From Octopus vulgaris (Eukaryota): 64,000 nucleotides of DNA. The notes beneath the pieces are model-generated. The model had not been told where the DNA came from. It searched no databases and was given only the letters and a program-made list of their open reading frames with translations. Of this stretch, positions 12,796 to 64,000 are shown in pieces; the first letter of the stretch is position 1; every line of letters starts with the position of its first letter. The position numbers and the translations under genes are program-made. The stretch spans positions 62,062,001-62,126,000 of the forward strand of contig OX597828.1 in the NCBI GenBank assembly GCA_951406725.2, in the 5' to 3' direction.

Positions 12796-15072
12796 ATTTG
12801 TATGTATTTGGCTTTGTACAGCATCCGATACCTGATGGATATATCATTGTACGTGAGCCTTAGACAGATATAACGTCTCTGAGTTCGTGTCCCACGCACA
12901 ACAAATCAATCTGTTGAAGGAAATCAATTCGTTCTTCGAGATCAATATCTTCAAGGTATTCTCCACTTTCAATGCTATCGAGGCCGAGATTCCTATGTCA
13001 ACTGAAGACATTCAGTTCCTTTATAGAAATAAACAAAGGGACAATTCCTTCAATTCTTCTAACTAACCTATATACTATTCTGTACACTGCCAGGTCGAGT
13101 ATGGCGGCCATGCGCCGTTGCAGCACGTTGCTGCAGCCGCCGTTTGTCGGTATTTACTCAGATTGTTCCAGAAGCCTCTGACCAGTGTAGCAGTCGGTTC
13201 CCATATCCACGACATACTTTCTCATCCGCTGTGACCATGTGGCATATAGCCAACCAATACCAGTTGAATCCTCAGAAAAGGGTTGGTATTATAGGAGTTG
13301 TTTCTAGATTTCTATGACCATACGAAGCTAGATAAGGATGTGTTATTTTGATTACAAAATGTACGGATGTGTTGACTGTATCTGTTTTTGTTTTTTAATA
13401 GATTGTCCTGTTGGGCCTACATATTCTACAGAGGTAGACGTCATATTACTGGTTGCATTAATGCCATATATTATGTTACTAGCTTCACAGTTTCCTCTTC
13501 ATGGACAGATTGAAGTACTATAACAGCGATAAACTGGCAGACTTGTCATATGTCGGATTAAATGTCTCTCAGTATTTATTCTGACACACTGTGCTCTGAG
13601 ATCAAACCCTACTGAGGCCAGCTTTAGATTTCATCCTTTCGGAATCGATAAAATTGTATCGATCAACGTTATATGATTGATGGAATAGTAATAATAGTCG
13701 AATCAGATACCTTGCAGTATTTATTTCCAATAACTGCGTTCTGAATCAATTTCTACTTGAATACCATACACGCATCTTCGCTAATACGCAGGCCTTGCTT
13801 TGTGCGATTAAGGCAAATCCTCGAAACAAAGCTCAAGATCACATAAACAGTGCTGGTCGAAGCTGAAGTCGGGTTCCTCCTGCAGGAGAAACATGTACCC
13901 TGGTAAATTATTGAAGGAACGAACGAACGAATAAACAAAGTATAATTGCAACTGGGAGAATACGGTGTTTGGGTTTGACTGTTAGAATTAGGAAAATTAC
14001 AGTAGTTAGTTTTAGTTATATTTTCTTCAAAGTTGAATGTATTTATGATCGGTGAGGAAGTGCTTCGTATATTAGAAGGTGAATTAAACTAAATAATTTT
14101 ACTTTTAGTTTTGTTAATGTGCGATTCACATGCTTCCCAATGTCTTTGTATGCTCTATTTTATTGTAGAGACTGGATATTTCGTTGAATAAGGATTTGTG
14201 CAACTTTACTATTTTTCAGGTTTAAAATAACTGAAACTCTAATTTCACTCATTGGACCACAGCCATGCTGGATTCCCTTTTGGCTTTAGTCAAACAAATC
14301 AGTCCCAGGCTATTAAGTCTACTATATATTCTATCGGCCTCTTTAGCCGAACCGCTAAATTATGGGGATATAAACAAACCAAGACAGGTCATTAAACAAA
14401 CACAAAGACACATATACATACGGTGTGTTTCCACACAGTTTCCGTCTGCCAATTTTATCTACAAGGTATTCGTCTGCCCTGAGTCATGTAAAAAGACACT
14501 TACCCAAAATGCCGCGCAGTGGGACTGAACTTGAAACCATATGCCTGCGAAGCTAACTTCCTAACCACACAGCTACACCCATGCCTATTAAGAGTTTGAG
14601 AGAATTAATGGACTGTCTTAAAGACGGTTTTCTCTTTATTATCCATTGAGAATGACCGGAGACTGAATAGGTTTTGTCGCTTATCATATTATGAGGCATT
14701 TGTATACGTTGGTTTCTAAAACTAAATTCAAATTTTGGAAATCCACAGTTTTAACCCGCGAATCTAATGTAATACAAAAAATGTTACAGAAAAATTAACA
14801 ACCCCGACGAAACCGGTGAGGTTTTAATGTAAATAAATTAATACAGAATCCGGTGTAGTGTTGTAGATGACAACGCAATGTCCCAGCTGTCGGGAGGGGC
14901 AGAGTGTTTCCTTAATAATGCTATTTGTCATGAGTGTGGGTATGTGTAAGTATGTATGTGTATGTTTATGTGTGTATGTGTGTCCGCGAATGTTTGAGTG
15001 TAACGCCGAAGATGAAACTCGAAGTCCCAATCAACTCTAATGTGATTAATAAGCATTTTACCCGGCGCCACC

Positions 15073-15126
<54 letters not shown>

Positions 15127-15286
15127 TGCGCGTGGTGCCCCCTTATCAGTTATGATGGATATACTGGGCTTCGTATATTTTACCCCAGTGTTACTTTGCA
15201 CTGCTCTCTCACTCAATAAATGCAATAATAATAATAATGATAATAATAGATTTGTATATGTATTTATGTATGTATATATATATATG

Positions 15287-15340
<54 letters not shown>

Positions 15341-15592
15341 CATACACACATGCACAGTTATACATGTACATACATTGTACATGGAAATACGTGTGGATGC
15401 ATATGTATGTATATGGTTAGATATATGTAGGCAAGTATATATGCGTATGCGCACCCAGACGTGTGTTTGTATAATAAGGTGTAGACTGTTGTGTGAATGT
15501 CTCCCAATAAATGTTCTCGTGGATGTAATATGATACGGTGTGTAGAGAACTGCGTACATGACCACGGAATTGACGAGTGTAACATAGATATA

Positions 15593-52612
<37,020 letters not shown>

Positions 52613-52697
52613 TTCCTCGTGTCTTGGTCACTACATATACATGTGTGTATGTAAGTATATATATGTGTGTGTGCATATGTGTATACATATATATATG

Positions 52698-52728
<31 letters not shown>

Positions 52729-52770
52729 GTATGTATATGTATGTATATATATCTAATATATGTGTGTATG

Positions 52771-52824
<54 letters not shown>

Positions 52825-53646
52825 AACTGGTGTCGTCGGTAGAACTGGTCAACTGTCCATGAAAAATAAGTCCATCAGTTGCTGCTGTTTACACAAATTT
52901 TTCTGTTGGTAATAAACCAATTTTAAAAATGAGCAAAGCATTTATTTAGTAAAGCAAACAAAAGGTTGTACATTTAAAGGGTAAGGGGATTAAGATTACA
53001 TGGTGTTTATCCGTTTCCCATGGGATGAGGGTGGTGGTGACATATTTGCCACGAAATTAAAGGTCACTAACTTCAGCTGGGAGTCAAAGCACATTGTAGT
53101 TTCGTGTTTGGTCAGGAGGCTCTATTTTGTTCTGCTCTGAGAGCTAAGAGAAAGATTAGAACAAGAAATAACGAACCTTACACTGATTATCTTCTTTAGG
53201 TCATCATCAGCGGACACAAGCACTTGGTCATTTGTCGGCTGGAAATAGGAACAGCATACTCTATGTCCCTTTGCCGTATTTACAAACCCGTATGTAGCTA
53301 AGGGGTTCATCAAAGCCTATATTATCATATTCTTGCATTCTTTTACTTCTTTCAGTCATTTTACTGCGGCCATGCTGGGGCACCACCTTTAGTCGAGCAA
53401 ATCGACCCCATGACTTATTCTTAGGAAGCCTACTACTTACTCCATCGGTCACTTTTGCCGAACCGCTATGTTACGGGGACGTAGACACACCAGCATCGGC
53501 TGTCAAGCGATGTTGGGGGGACAAACACAGACACACAGATATATACACACACACATATATATATATATATACATACATATATATATATATATGTATATAT
53601 ATATACACATATATATATACATATATATATATATATACACATATAC

Positions 53647-53804
<158 letters not shown>

Positions 53805-54249
53805 TGTTGTTTGTTCCCTCTTGAGCTATGCCTGGCTCATAGGGGCCACTTACCTGGTTTCATTGGTGTATAAGTTCCCCACCTGGGAGGGACGCCAGTC
53901 CATCGCAGGTGAGCTGCAACATGCAGGAGGAAAGAGTGAGAGAAAGTTGTGGCGAAAGAGTCAGCAGAAGTTCGCCATTATCTTATGCCGGAGCCGTGTG
54001 GAGCTTAGATGTTTCGCTCATAAACACACACATCGCCTGGTCTACGATCACGAGTCCGCTGCTCTAACCACTAGGTCATGTGCTTCACAAACACACACAC
54101 ACACGCACACACACATACATATATATAAACACACACAAAAATAATTTGTGTGTGCGTACATAAATACATATATTTGTGTGTATATGTGTGTATCAATTTA
54201 TCTAACTATCTATCAATTATCTGTCTATCTATTTATCTATCTATATATC

Positions 54250-54331
<82 letters not shown>

Positions 54332-54479
54332 CACCTTTAATAAATTCAAAATGAAAAATAAAATTACACCCTCTAGAAAATTACATATAATAGAAATATT
54401 AAATATAAGATACAAAATATATATAACGATGATGAAGTAGTATGCAAAATAATAAATAAAACGTATATATTTGGTAGAA

Positions 54480-54583
54480 TAACGGCACGTGTTTCGTGGC
54501 TATATTTAAGAAATGATTATACTGAAAGTATTAGTAGTAGTATTAAAAGCACGTCAATATAAATATAGTCGCTCATCAGGTTA
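54480..54583 (-). ncRNA. Type I hammerhead, probably inactivated (GUC changed to GCC)
   Basis: UAAC-CUGAUGA-GCGACUAUAUUUA..UAAAUAUAGCCAC-GAAA-CACGUG-CC-GUUA. Confidence 0.72.
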
Positions 54584-54809
54584 AAGATAACTAAAATAAT
54601 AAAATAATTAATTAATAAATATACGTAAATAATCTTTTAAAAAATAAATATATTCTTTAAAATAGATATCTAACTGTTTTTATCTTTATTTGTACTGTTT
54701 GTTGTTTTCATTTGTATTGCTTTTACGTCCTGTTCTTGTCACTTTTTTTACCCCTCCGCAAAAATTTTTTATTTAATTCATTTCGCGGGAAGTACTGCTT
54801 CGGCGTGGT

Positions 54810-54871
54810 CGTGTTCTGCCCTTACCTTCGAAACACGCATTGAGTCGAAACAGGGGCAGCTGAAGAAGGGG
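54810..54871 (+). ncRNA. Non-circularly permuted hammerhead-like motif
   Basis: CGUGU-U-CUGCCC .. CUUC-GAAACACG .. GGGCAG-CUGAAGA-A-GGGG. Confidence 0.65.
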
Positions 54872-55300
54872 AATGTTCCTTGTGTTGTTTTTCGTTGTTA
54901 AAAAAAAGTCCGTTTCCTTGTTTGGTTTTATGTTTTCGTTTCTCGTTGTGTTCTACGTTTATTTGGTGTCCTGTACCTATATATGCATGTATATATACAT
55001 ATAGATGTAGGTATGTACATATATGTATGTATGTATGCATATGTTTTATTTATTAAATTGTTATTATATATATAAATATATATAAGATACAAAATATACC
55101 TTAAATGAACACTAAATACTTTATTACATTTATATATTTGTTGTGCAAGATTTGTTATGTGAAGTCGTGTGTTGAAACAGATATTGTTATATTTCGGAAT
55201 GGTCATTTTGCCAGTTTAGCCAATAAAAACACACGCACTATATTTGGTGTTACTTTGCTTCAGTGTTATTTATTTTTTACATTAATCTTAATCTTATTTC

Positions 55301-55345
55301 GGCCAGAGTTCTTTCGTCACGCTCCTGTGACCGCATCAGTGGTCC
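55301..55345 (-). ncRNA. Minimal hammerhead-like motif with CUGAUGCG core (second copy 62312-62356 -)
   Basis: CCA-CUGAUGCG-GUCAC AGGAGC GUGAC-GAAA-GAAC-UC-UGG. Confidence 0.55.
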
Positions 55346-55611
55346 TTTGTTTTTTTCTTTCTTATTTGTGTCTCTCCTTACTAACGGAGACCATTCCGAA
55401 ATATAACAAAAATACTTTATTATTTTGCACATTACTTAATCATCCTTATATATTTTTTCATCTTCTATTTAATCTTTCTTTTATATGTAATTTTCTAGAT
55501 GGAGTAATTTAATTTTTCATTTTGAATTGATAAAAGGTATTTTTCTAGATTCGTTAGTTACTGCACGCATTTTTTTCTCTCCTTCTTTCTGTGTTTTTTT
55601 CTCTCTGTGTA

Positions 55612-55649
55612 TCTTTCTGTTGAAGAGCGTAGGCTCGAAACGTTAAAGA
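55612..55649 (+). ncRNA. Minimal hammerhead-like motif with CUGUNGA core in the PLE pseudo-LTR (also 60116-60153 +, 3228-3265 +, 26958-26995 -, 28923-28960 -)
   Basis: UCUUU-CUGUUGAA-GAGC GUAG GCUC-GAAACGUU-AAAGA. Confidence 0.65.
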
Positions 55650-56378
55650 CTTGTTTTATTTATATTTCCTGAGCGCCATACTAATACAATTGTTTGTTTG
55701 TTTTCCACCTGCCTTCGTCTTTTGTCTATTTTCATAAAGCTTCCCGTTATATATTATGCGCTCACGTGGTCTCACTTTCATCCTATATTCTACCAATACC
55801 ACTATCAACACTTACCTCTACCTTGGATTTTCTTTACCTCTTGGATACTTACCATTGGCTGCACCTCTCTTTCGCGGATCAAAGTGACTTTGCATTGATG
55901 TGAAATCCTTAAAAAATATACCACGACGTCTACACATTTCTCACCTTGAACTTTCAACCTTGAACTTGTTCGCATAAACTGTCCCGTTTGTTGTATTTTT
56001 ATTTTCTCATATATTACCACTTTTTTTACATTCATTTCATGCTTTCCACATTTTCCTGCATTTTTGTTCTCCTTTCCGTCTTTCTTCCCTCTCTGGATGT
56101 CCATACTCTGTTTCCTCTGCCTGCACCCCCTTTTTTGCCTCCCCCTCTCTCTGCTTCCCTTCTTTCTTTCCCTTTTCCGTTTGCCCCGTCTTTTCTGCCC
56201 CTATCGCTTACTTATCTAGTTTTTTCATACGATTGTTATTTTTTTTGTTTTTTTGAACGTTTGTTTTTTCCCCTTTTTTCGCTATCCCTTTTTTTCTATT
56301 TTTTTCATACGATAATTTTTTGTTTTTTTGTTTTTTTTTTGTTTTTTCGAACGTTTGTTTTTTTTCCGCTATCCCATC

Positions 56379-59300
56379 ATGCCGGATCCTAGGTCCTACC
56401 TCCTCACCCTCCATCACCGTTTGAAGGATCATATCCGTTCTCTTCCCGTATATTGCCTTCAGCCGTCCGTTAATCTCTCTCTACTTCTTTTTAAAACCGC
56501 TTCTCTAGCCATGTCTCTTTCCTAAGCCGCTGCCTACATCACCGACTCATCCCTAAAGGTTTCCGCCTCCATTTCCACCCTGCTCTCCACTCGGATTCTT
56601 CCATCTTACCCATACTCCGCACCACATCTTACCGCCTTATGCGGGCCACCATTCGCTCCAATCTCTCTAAACTACATGCCATCAACCGCCTTCTTCCTCC
56701 TGCTTTCTCCACCTTCTTCTCCTCTCTGCCGCCTCTCTATGCTCCAAACACGCTACGCTTCCTTATCCATTTGAATCAACTCTTCCATCAATTTCTTTCT
56801 GATACCAAACTTCGTAAACTCCAATCACTCTTCCATTCCACCCTACCCGACGCCACTACCCCAACTCCTCCACCACCCTTCTCCCCTCCCGATAGGCTCC
56901 ATCCACCCACACCTAACCCCACTGCCCCTCCCTACAACCCCTTCTCCCCTCCCGATAGGCTCCATCCACCTACACCTAACCCTACTGCCCCCCCAACCAC
57001 ACCTCCCCAATCCCTCCCCCTCAGACCTCCACGAGACCTACCACCCCTCCTACTTCTATTCCACCCACCCCTTCTCCACTTTCGTCTGTTGTTACCATTC
57101 CCCCCGATCTTCCCCTCTCTGCGGCTGAACGCTCCGTCCTTGGTAGGGGTCTGCGTTTCATCCCCCTCACTCCATCCTGTAAGGAATTCCAGACGCGAGT
57201 TGATGTCCACAGCTTTGTGCGCCGTATCCGGTTGGGTGCGCATTACCACGACTCGCCACCCACACCCAACGAAGAGGACTGCTTCACTGGCCTGGGCCGC
57301 CGACCATCCCCGTGGACGCCTGCCCCTGGCCAGATCCTAGCAGTGGATCTTTTCGCGGGCGCTTGTCAGCGTGCATTGGAGCGGTTCAACTTCTCCAGGC
57401 GCCAACGCCGCCTCAACATCTCCCCGGCTGAGCTCTTGGCTCTTCGTTCCCTCCAACGGCGCGCTGACATTATCATCAAACCGGCTGACAAGGGTGGAGC
57501 TGTAGTGGTGTAGCGCGCGGACCTCTATAGGGCCGAGGCTTTCCGCCAACTCAATGACACCTCCTTCTATTCCCCTCTGCCCTCTAACCCCACACGTAGC
57601 TACCAACAGACGGTATCCTCTACTGTCCGCGACCTCATCTCGTCCTCCCGTCTCCCCCGCACCGCATCCAACCTAATTGTGCGAACCCCACGTACCCCCA
57701 CCATTTACTTCCTCCCCAAAATCCACAAACCCAACAACCCTGGCCGCCCCATCGTCTCCGCCTGTAACTGCCCCACGGAGCTCATCTCTAAATACCTCGA
57801 CCGTGTCCTTGCCCCCTAGTGGCATCTCTTCCCTCCCACATCCACGATACCAACCATGCTCTCCGGCTTTTCAACTCTTTCTCCTTTCCTCCCGGCTCCT
57901 CCAAAATCCTTTTTACTATGGACATCCAAAGCCTCTATACTGTTATCCCTCACCACGAAGGACTGCAGGCCCTTCGACACTTTCTTGACCTCCGCTCTAA
58001 CCCTGTACCTGACACCTCCACACTCATTCGTCTGGCCGAACTTGTCCTTACTCTGAACTGCTTCTCGTTCGCGGGCGAGTTCTACCATCAGGTCTCGGGA
58101 GTGGCCATGGGAACGCGAATGGGCCCCAACTATGCGAACCTGTTCGTTGGCTATGTTGAGGCCCAAATATTCTTTAATTTCACTGGTCCCACTCCTGAAC
58201 TATATGGTCGTTACATTGACGACATTATCGGTGCCACCTCACTCTCCCGTGAACATCTAGATTCCTTCCTCTCTTTCGTCCAATCTTTCCATCCAGCCCT
58301 CCACTTCACTTCCACTATCTCCAACACCTCTGTCTCCTTCCTCGACATTTCGGTTAGCATTCTTCACTCCACTCTTACCACCTCCATTCACTACAAACAC
58401 ACAGACTCACACTCATACCTCAACTTATCTTCCTCCCACCCAGAACACACCAAGCTTTCCATCCCCTATTCCCAATTCCTCCGTCTACGTAGGCTCTGTA
58501 GTGACGACCATGACTTTGAGACTCAGTCTCAACGTATGGCTCACCACTTCACCCTACGTGGATACCCCCTCACCACTATCCACACCGCCCTTGCCAGAGC
58601 ACGGTCCGTGGACCGTGTATCTGCTCTCTCTCCCCGAACCCGCCCTGTAGTCTCCCGCCTCCCTTTTTCCCCTCACTTACCACCCCACGACCCTACGTCT
58701 CCAACGCACCATTCTTCGAGCTTTCTGTCATCTCCAGTCCGACCCGTCCACTTCACACCTCTTCCCTAACCGACCCCTCCCCTCTTTCAAACGAGCCCAC
58801 AACCTTCGAGACCTTTTGGTCCATAGCTCCTTCCCTGACCCTACCTCCCAACCCGGCTCGTTCCCCTGCTCCCGCCCACGTTGCCGCACTTGCCCTTACC
58901 TCTCCAACACCACCCACCTCACTAGCACCCACCATCGACCCTATCCCATCATCCACTCCTTCACCTGCACCTCCAGCAATATTATCTATTGCGTCTCTTG
59001 CTCTCTCTGCAATTCCTTGTACATCGGACAAACGGGACGCCGCTTGGCTGACCGGTTCGCGGAACACCTTCGTGACATCCACCTTGCGAACGACACACCG
59101 GTCTCACGCCATTTCCGCTCCACCGGTCACTCCTTGCAACACCTATCTGTGTTCGGTTTGTCCTTACACAGAGGCCATCCGGATTCCCGTTTGCGCCGTG
59201 AACAGGAATTAATCTTCTCTCTTCGCTCTTATACGCCATTTGGTCTCAACTCTCCCCCCTCGTCATCTAACCCCCTCTCCCCCTCCTCACCTATCCTTCC
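56379..59300 (+). pseudogene. Disrupted PLE RT/GIY-YIG polyprotein ORF
   Basis: In-frame TAG at 57511 and frameshifts near 57818 and 58670 split an otherwise well-conserved ORF. Confidence 0.85.
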
Positions 59301-59599
59301 CCCCGACCCCTACTTCTTCAGTCCTTCATCCTTTCACCCCTACTCCCCTTCCCTTCTTCCCTCTTTCTCCCTCCCTCCTTCCCTCTTCCCCTTCCCTCTG
59401 CTCCCTCACTCCCCTTCTCTCTCCCCCTCCCCCCTTTCCTCCTTCCTCCCCCTCCTCCTCCCCTTCCTTCTCCCCCTCCTCTCCTCTTCCCCCCTCTCCT
59501 CCCACTCTTCTTCCCCTCCCCCTTCCCCCCTCTTCTCCCCCTCCCCCTCTTCTCCTCACTACACCACACGATTTTACACATCACATCATATATGATGTG

Positions 59600-59948
59600 C
59601 CATACTAATACATACACCAACTAATACATACTAATACGTACTAATACATACTAATACATACTATTACATACACCAACCCTATACATACACACGTCCAGAC
59701 CCCTCATACGCACTTATACTCTCTCATACACACACACACACACTTATACATACTAATACGTACTAATACATACTAATACATACTAATACATACACCAAAC
59801 CCATACATACGCCTGTCCAGACCTATCCTACGCACTAATACTCTCTCATACACACACACACACACACACACTTATACATACTAATACATACTAATACATA
59901 CACCAACCCTATACATACACACGTCCAGACCCCTCCTACGCACTAATA
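59600..59948 (+). repeat. ~120-bp tandem repeat (about 3 copies) in the PLE 3' region
   Basis: Repeated CATACTAATACATACACCAACCCTATACATACACACGTCCAGACCCCTC. Confidence 0.8.
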
Positions 59949-60250
59949 GGTGGTCATTCAACCCTATTATCAACCCTATTATCTCCCCTTATTTCGCTCT
60001 CGCGTCTCATGTTTGATCTTTGACTTCTGGCCGAAATCAGATCGCCATGTTGATTCGTTAGTTACTGCACGCATTTTTTTCTCTCCTTCTTTCTGTGTTT
60101 TTTTCTCTCTGTGTATCTTTCTGTTGAAGAGCGTAGGCTCGAAACGTTAAAGACTTGTTTTATTTATATTTCCTGAGCGCCATACTAATACAATTGTTTG
60201 TTTGTTTTCCACCTGCCTTCGTCTTTTGTCTATTTTCATAAAGCTTCCCG

Positions 60251-60305
<55 letters not shown>

Positions 60306-60336
60306 TACACACACACATGCACACACACACACACAC

Positions 60337-60449
<113 letters not shown>

Positions 60450-61518
60450 TGTGTATGTATGTCATTGTTAATTTTATTTCAAGATTTCTTGCCAATAAAG
60501 AGCCCGTTTCTAACCTAGATCCAAGACTCCTTCATTGGAATTTCAGCACCAACAACAGGGCATTTTTGTATGTATGTATGTATGTATGTATGTATGTATG
60601 TATGTATGTATGTATGTATGTATGCATGTATGCATGTATGTATGTATGTATGTATCGTTACATAGGAGCTGATTAGTGTATTGCATAACCTGAATTAATT
60701 ACGTTATGTTTACATCAAATTAAAAACTCCTAACGAAACAATTGTAGAAACACTCGGAAATTCATTCGTTTGTATTATTACATATATGCCTAAGGCGGTG
60801 AGCTGGCAGCATCGTTAGCACGCCGGGAAAAATGCTTAGCGTTATATCTCACCAGTCTTTACGTTCTGAGTTCAAATTCCGCCAAGGTCGACTCGCTTTT
60901 CATTCTTTCGAGGTTGATAAAATAAGTACCTGCCCCTCCCCAAAATTTCAGGCCTTGTTCCTATTGTAGAAAAGAGTATGGTTGTTGTTGTTGTTGCTAA
61001 GGCTGCGAGCTCGCAGAATCGTTAACGCGTTGGGCAAAACACAGAGCGGCAATTCGCCCGTCTTTACGTTCTGAGTTCAAATTTTGTCGAGGTCGACTTT
61101 TCTTTTCATCCTTTCGCGGTCGATAAAATAAAGTACCAGTTAATCACTGGGGTCAATGTAATCGACTTACCTCCATCCCGAAATTGTTGGCCGGGGCCAA
61201 GTTTGGAAGCTATTATTACATTTATATATATATGAAAGTATATGTGTATGTATATATGTGTGTCTGTGTGTGTGTGTATAGATATACGTATACACATATA
61301 TATGCATACATAGATATATATAGATAAGTAAATAGATAGATACATACATACATGTACATGCATATACACATGCATATACACATGCACACACTATGAAAGC
61401 TGTCCTTAAAATAAATAGGTATATGTACTCAATACCGGGTGGATGCAGGTAGAATAAGAATATATCAAGTTGGTTTCAGTAAAAGTATATCTATAAATAT
61501 CTGTGTGTGTGTGTATCA

Positions 61519-61582
<64 letters not shown>

Positions 61583-61617
61583 GTATATATATATATGTAT
61601 ATATATATGTATATATA

Positions 61618-61689
<72 letters not shown>

Positions 61690-61821
61690 TATAAGTTCAG
61701 TAAAAATTTAGATTCAGTTGAATATGGTTCTTAAGTTAGAGGCACCAGAATTTGGTATGGTATTATCCATATAATTCAAAATGGGGTGATTATAATCATT
61801 ATAATAATGTTACTTATTTGG

Positions 61822-61875
<54 letters not shown>

Positions 61876-61979
61876 TACATATGTATATATGCATATATAT
61901 ATATGTATATATGTATATATATATATATACGTACATATACATAAATATATACATACATATATACATATATATATATGTA

Positions 61980-62021
<42 letters not shown>

Positions 62022-62116
62022 TATATGTATATATATGTATGTATATATATGCATTTATATATATGTATGTAAATATATGTATATATATGTATATATATAA
62101 ATATGAATGTATATAA

Positions 62117-62196
<80 letters not shown>

Positions 62197-62765
62197 ATAT
62201 TTCGGAATGATTATTTTGCCAGATTAGCCAATAAAATCACACGCACTATATATTTGGTGTTATTTTGCTTCAGTGTTATTTATTTTTTTACATTAATCTT
62301 AATCTTATTTCGGCCAGAGTTCTTTCGTCACACTCCTGTGACCGCATCAGTGGTCCTTTGTTTTCTTCTTTCTTATTTGTGTCTCTCCTTACTAACCGTC
62401 AGCCATTTTGTATTTCTATTGTATGTCTTCATTTGCGCATGCTTATATCTCTATGTGCGTTTATGTTTATTTAGTGTGTGTATGTGGGGGGGATGCCTGC
62501 AATATTTGTATCTTCTGTTTATATAGGTTCATGTAATTTGTTTTTGTTGTTGTTGTTTTTGTTTATTCTTATTTTGTTCATGTGTTTACATCCACTTATT
62601 ATTATCATTACATATGCTTGTATGTATGTATGTATAACAACAATACTAGTAATAATAATAATAAATAAATAAAAACAACTGGCAAAATGACCATTCTGAA
62701 ATATAACAATATTTGTTTCAACACACTACTTCACATAAAAAATCCTGCACAACAAATATATAAAC

Positions 62766-62823
<58 letters not shown>

Positions 62824-62878
62824 CGGTGGTGCCCCAGCATGGCCGCGGCCTTCGGGCGAAAATATTTTAAGGATTTAA

Positions 62879-62981
<103 letters not shown>

Positions 62982-63213
62982 TAGATGGATAGATAGATCT
63001 TTATATATTTACATACATATATACATACACATATGCATATGTATATATATGTGTGTGTGTGTGTATATACACACATACACGTATATATATACATATAACG
63101 GGAAGCTTTATGAAAATAGACAAAAGACGAAGGCAGGTGGAAAACAAACATATATATACATATATGTGTGTGTATGGATATATTTATATATTTGTGTGTG
63201 TGTGTGTGTTTGT

Positions 63214-63275
<62 letters not shown>

Positions 63276-63309
63276 CATACATACATAGAGAAAGAGAGAG
63301 AGAGAGGTC

Positions 63310-63396
<87 letters not shown>

Positions 63397-63684
63397 TCAC
63401 CTATATACACATAAACATTTGCCTTAGTAGTACATATATATTTATATACGCACACAAATACATGCAGTTTTCCAGAAACATATAAAAAGTCTAAGGCTCT
63501 TCTGAAAACAGGCGAAAGAAGATTTTGTCGTTCGATCTGCAAGAAACAATGACCAATTTCACCTCAAATGAATCCTACGTTTCTGTAGCTCAGCGAGTTA
63601 CACAGAAAGACAGAAATGGCTATATATCAAAGGATCTATTTATTATCTCTCTGTATATATATGTGTGTGTGCGTTCGTATGTAT

Positions 63685-63785
<101 letters not shown>

Positions 63786-63877
63786 TATATACATATATAT
63801 ACATATATGGTTAAATGTTGTATGCATACAAGCGCGAGCGAATGGAGGTGTATGGGTTAGAAATGAGTAATATTTAC

Positions 63878-64000
63878 CTGAATCGGTCCCGGCCGAGAGA
63901 CTTTGCTGCTTTTCTAGACACCTTTGGTTGCTGGCGGCGGTAGGGCTGCGATAGTACCGGTATTGGTGGCCGATGTGTTGGTGGTGGTGGTGGTGGTGGT
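63878..64000 (-). other. Possible upstream exon truncated by the window edge (His- or Pro-rich frames open)
   Basis: GC-richer non-repeat sequence ending in CAG|GTAAAT on the minus strand; not in frame with RFX6 if spliced to the acceptor at 52630. Confidence 0.35.

Larger units (their letters stand above)
55548..60258 (+). mobile_element. Near-complete Penelope-like retroelement (Neptune-type RT + GIY-YIG) with ~207-bp direct pseudo-LTRs
   Basis: IKPADKGGAVV, YFLPKIHKP..PGRPIVS, MDIQSLYTVIP, GVAMGTRMGPNYANLF, RYIDD, FLDI, CSRPRCRTC, NIIYCVSCSLCNSLYIGQTGR; near-identical repeats 55548-55754 and 60052-60258. Confidence 0.95.

Noticed and set aside
13101-13181. ATGGCGGCCATG start with a transit-peptide-like MAAMRRCSTLLQ
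   Set aside because: Weak donor and no downstream exons identified
14800-14900. CCGAC-GAAA-CCGG..CCGGU..GUCGG hammerhead-like pairing
   Set aside because: No CUGANGA core and no UH site
53012-53026. X-box-like GTTTCCCATGGGAT upstream of RFX6 (autoregulation)
   Set aside because: Poor match to the GTTNCCATGGNAAC consensus and expected by chance

Overview
AT-rich, microsatellite-saturated animal genomic DNA. The tRNA-derived SINE families and the TA/CA/TAA/TATG microsatellite load resemble an octopus (coleoid cephalopod); that assignment is an inference. Almost all ORF-track entries are microsatellite artefacts. One host gene was reconstructed by hand: an RFX6-like winged-helix transcription factor on the minus strand (17 coding exons, 52612->15593, all GT-AG with consistent phases, 2406 nt, 801 aa). 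The rest is mobile-element debris: a mariner, a pogo/Tc2-like element, two RTE-type LINEs, an R4/Dong-like fragment in (TAA)n, a Gypsy relic, Helitrons, SINEs and Penelope-like elements (PLEs). The main unannotated signal is RNA structure. More than 20 hammerhead-ribozyme (HHR) motifs from about 10 families occur in PLE-type termini and inverted repeats. They include a 490-bp retrozyme-like tandem array and two unrelated-sequence motifs (41351-41416 minus, 54810-54871 plus) whose three hammerhead strands are in a non-circularly permuted order, with covarying stems I and III. All folds were derived by eye; none has been tested or database-searched.
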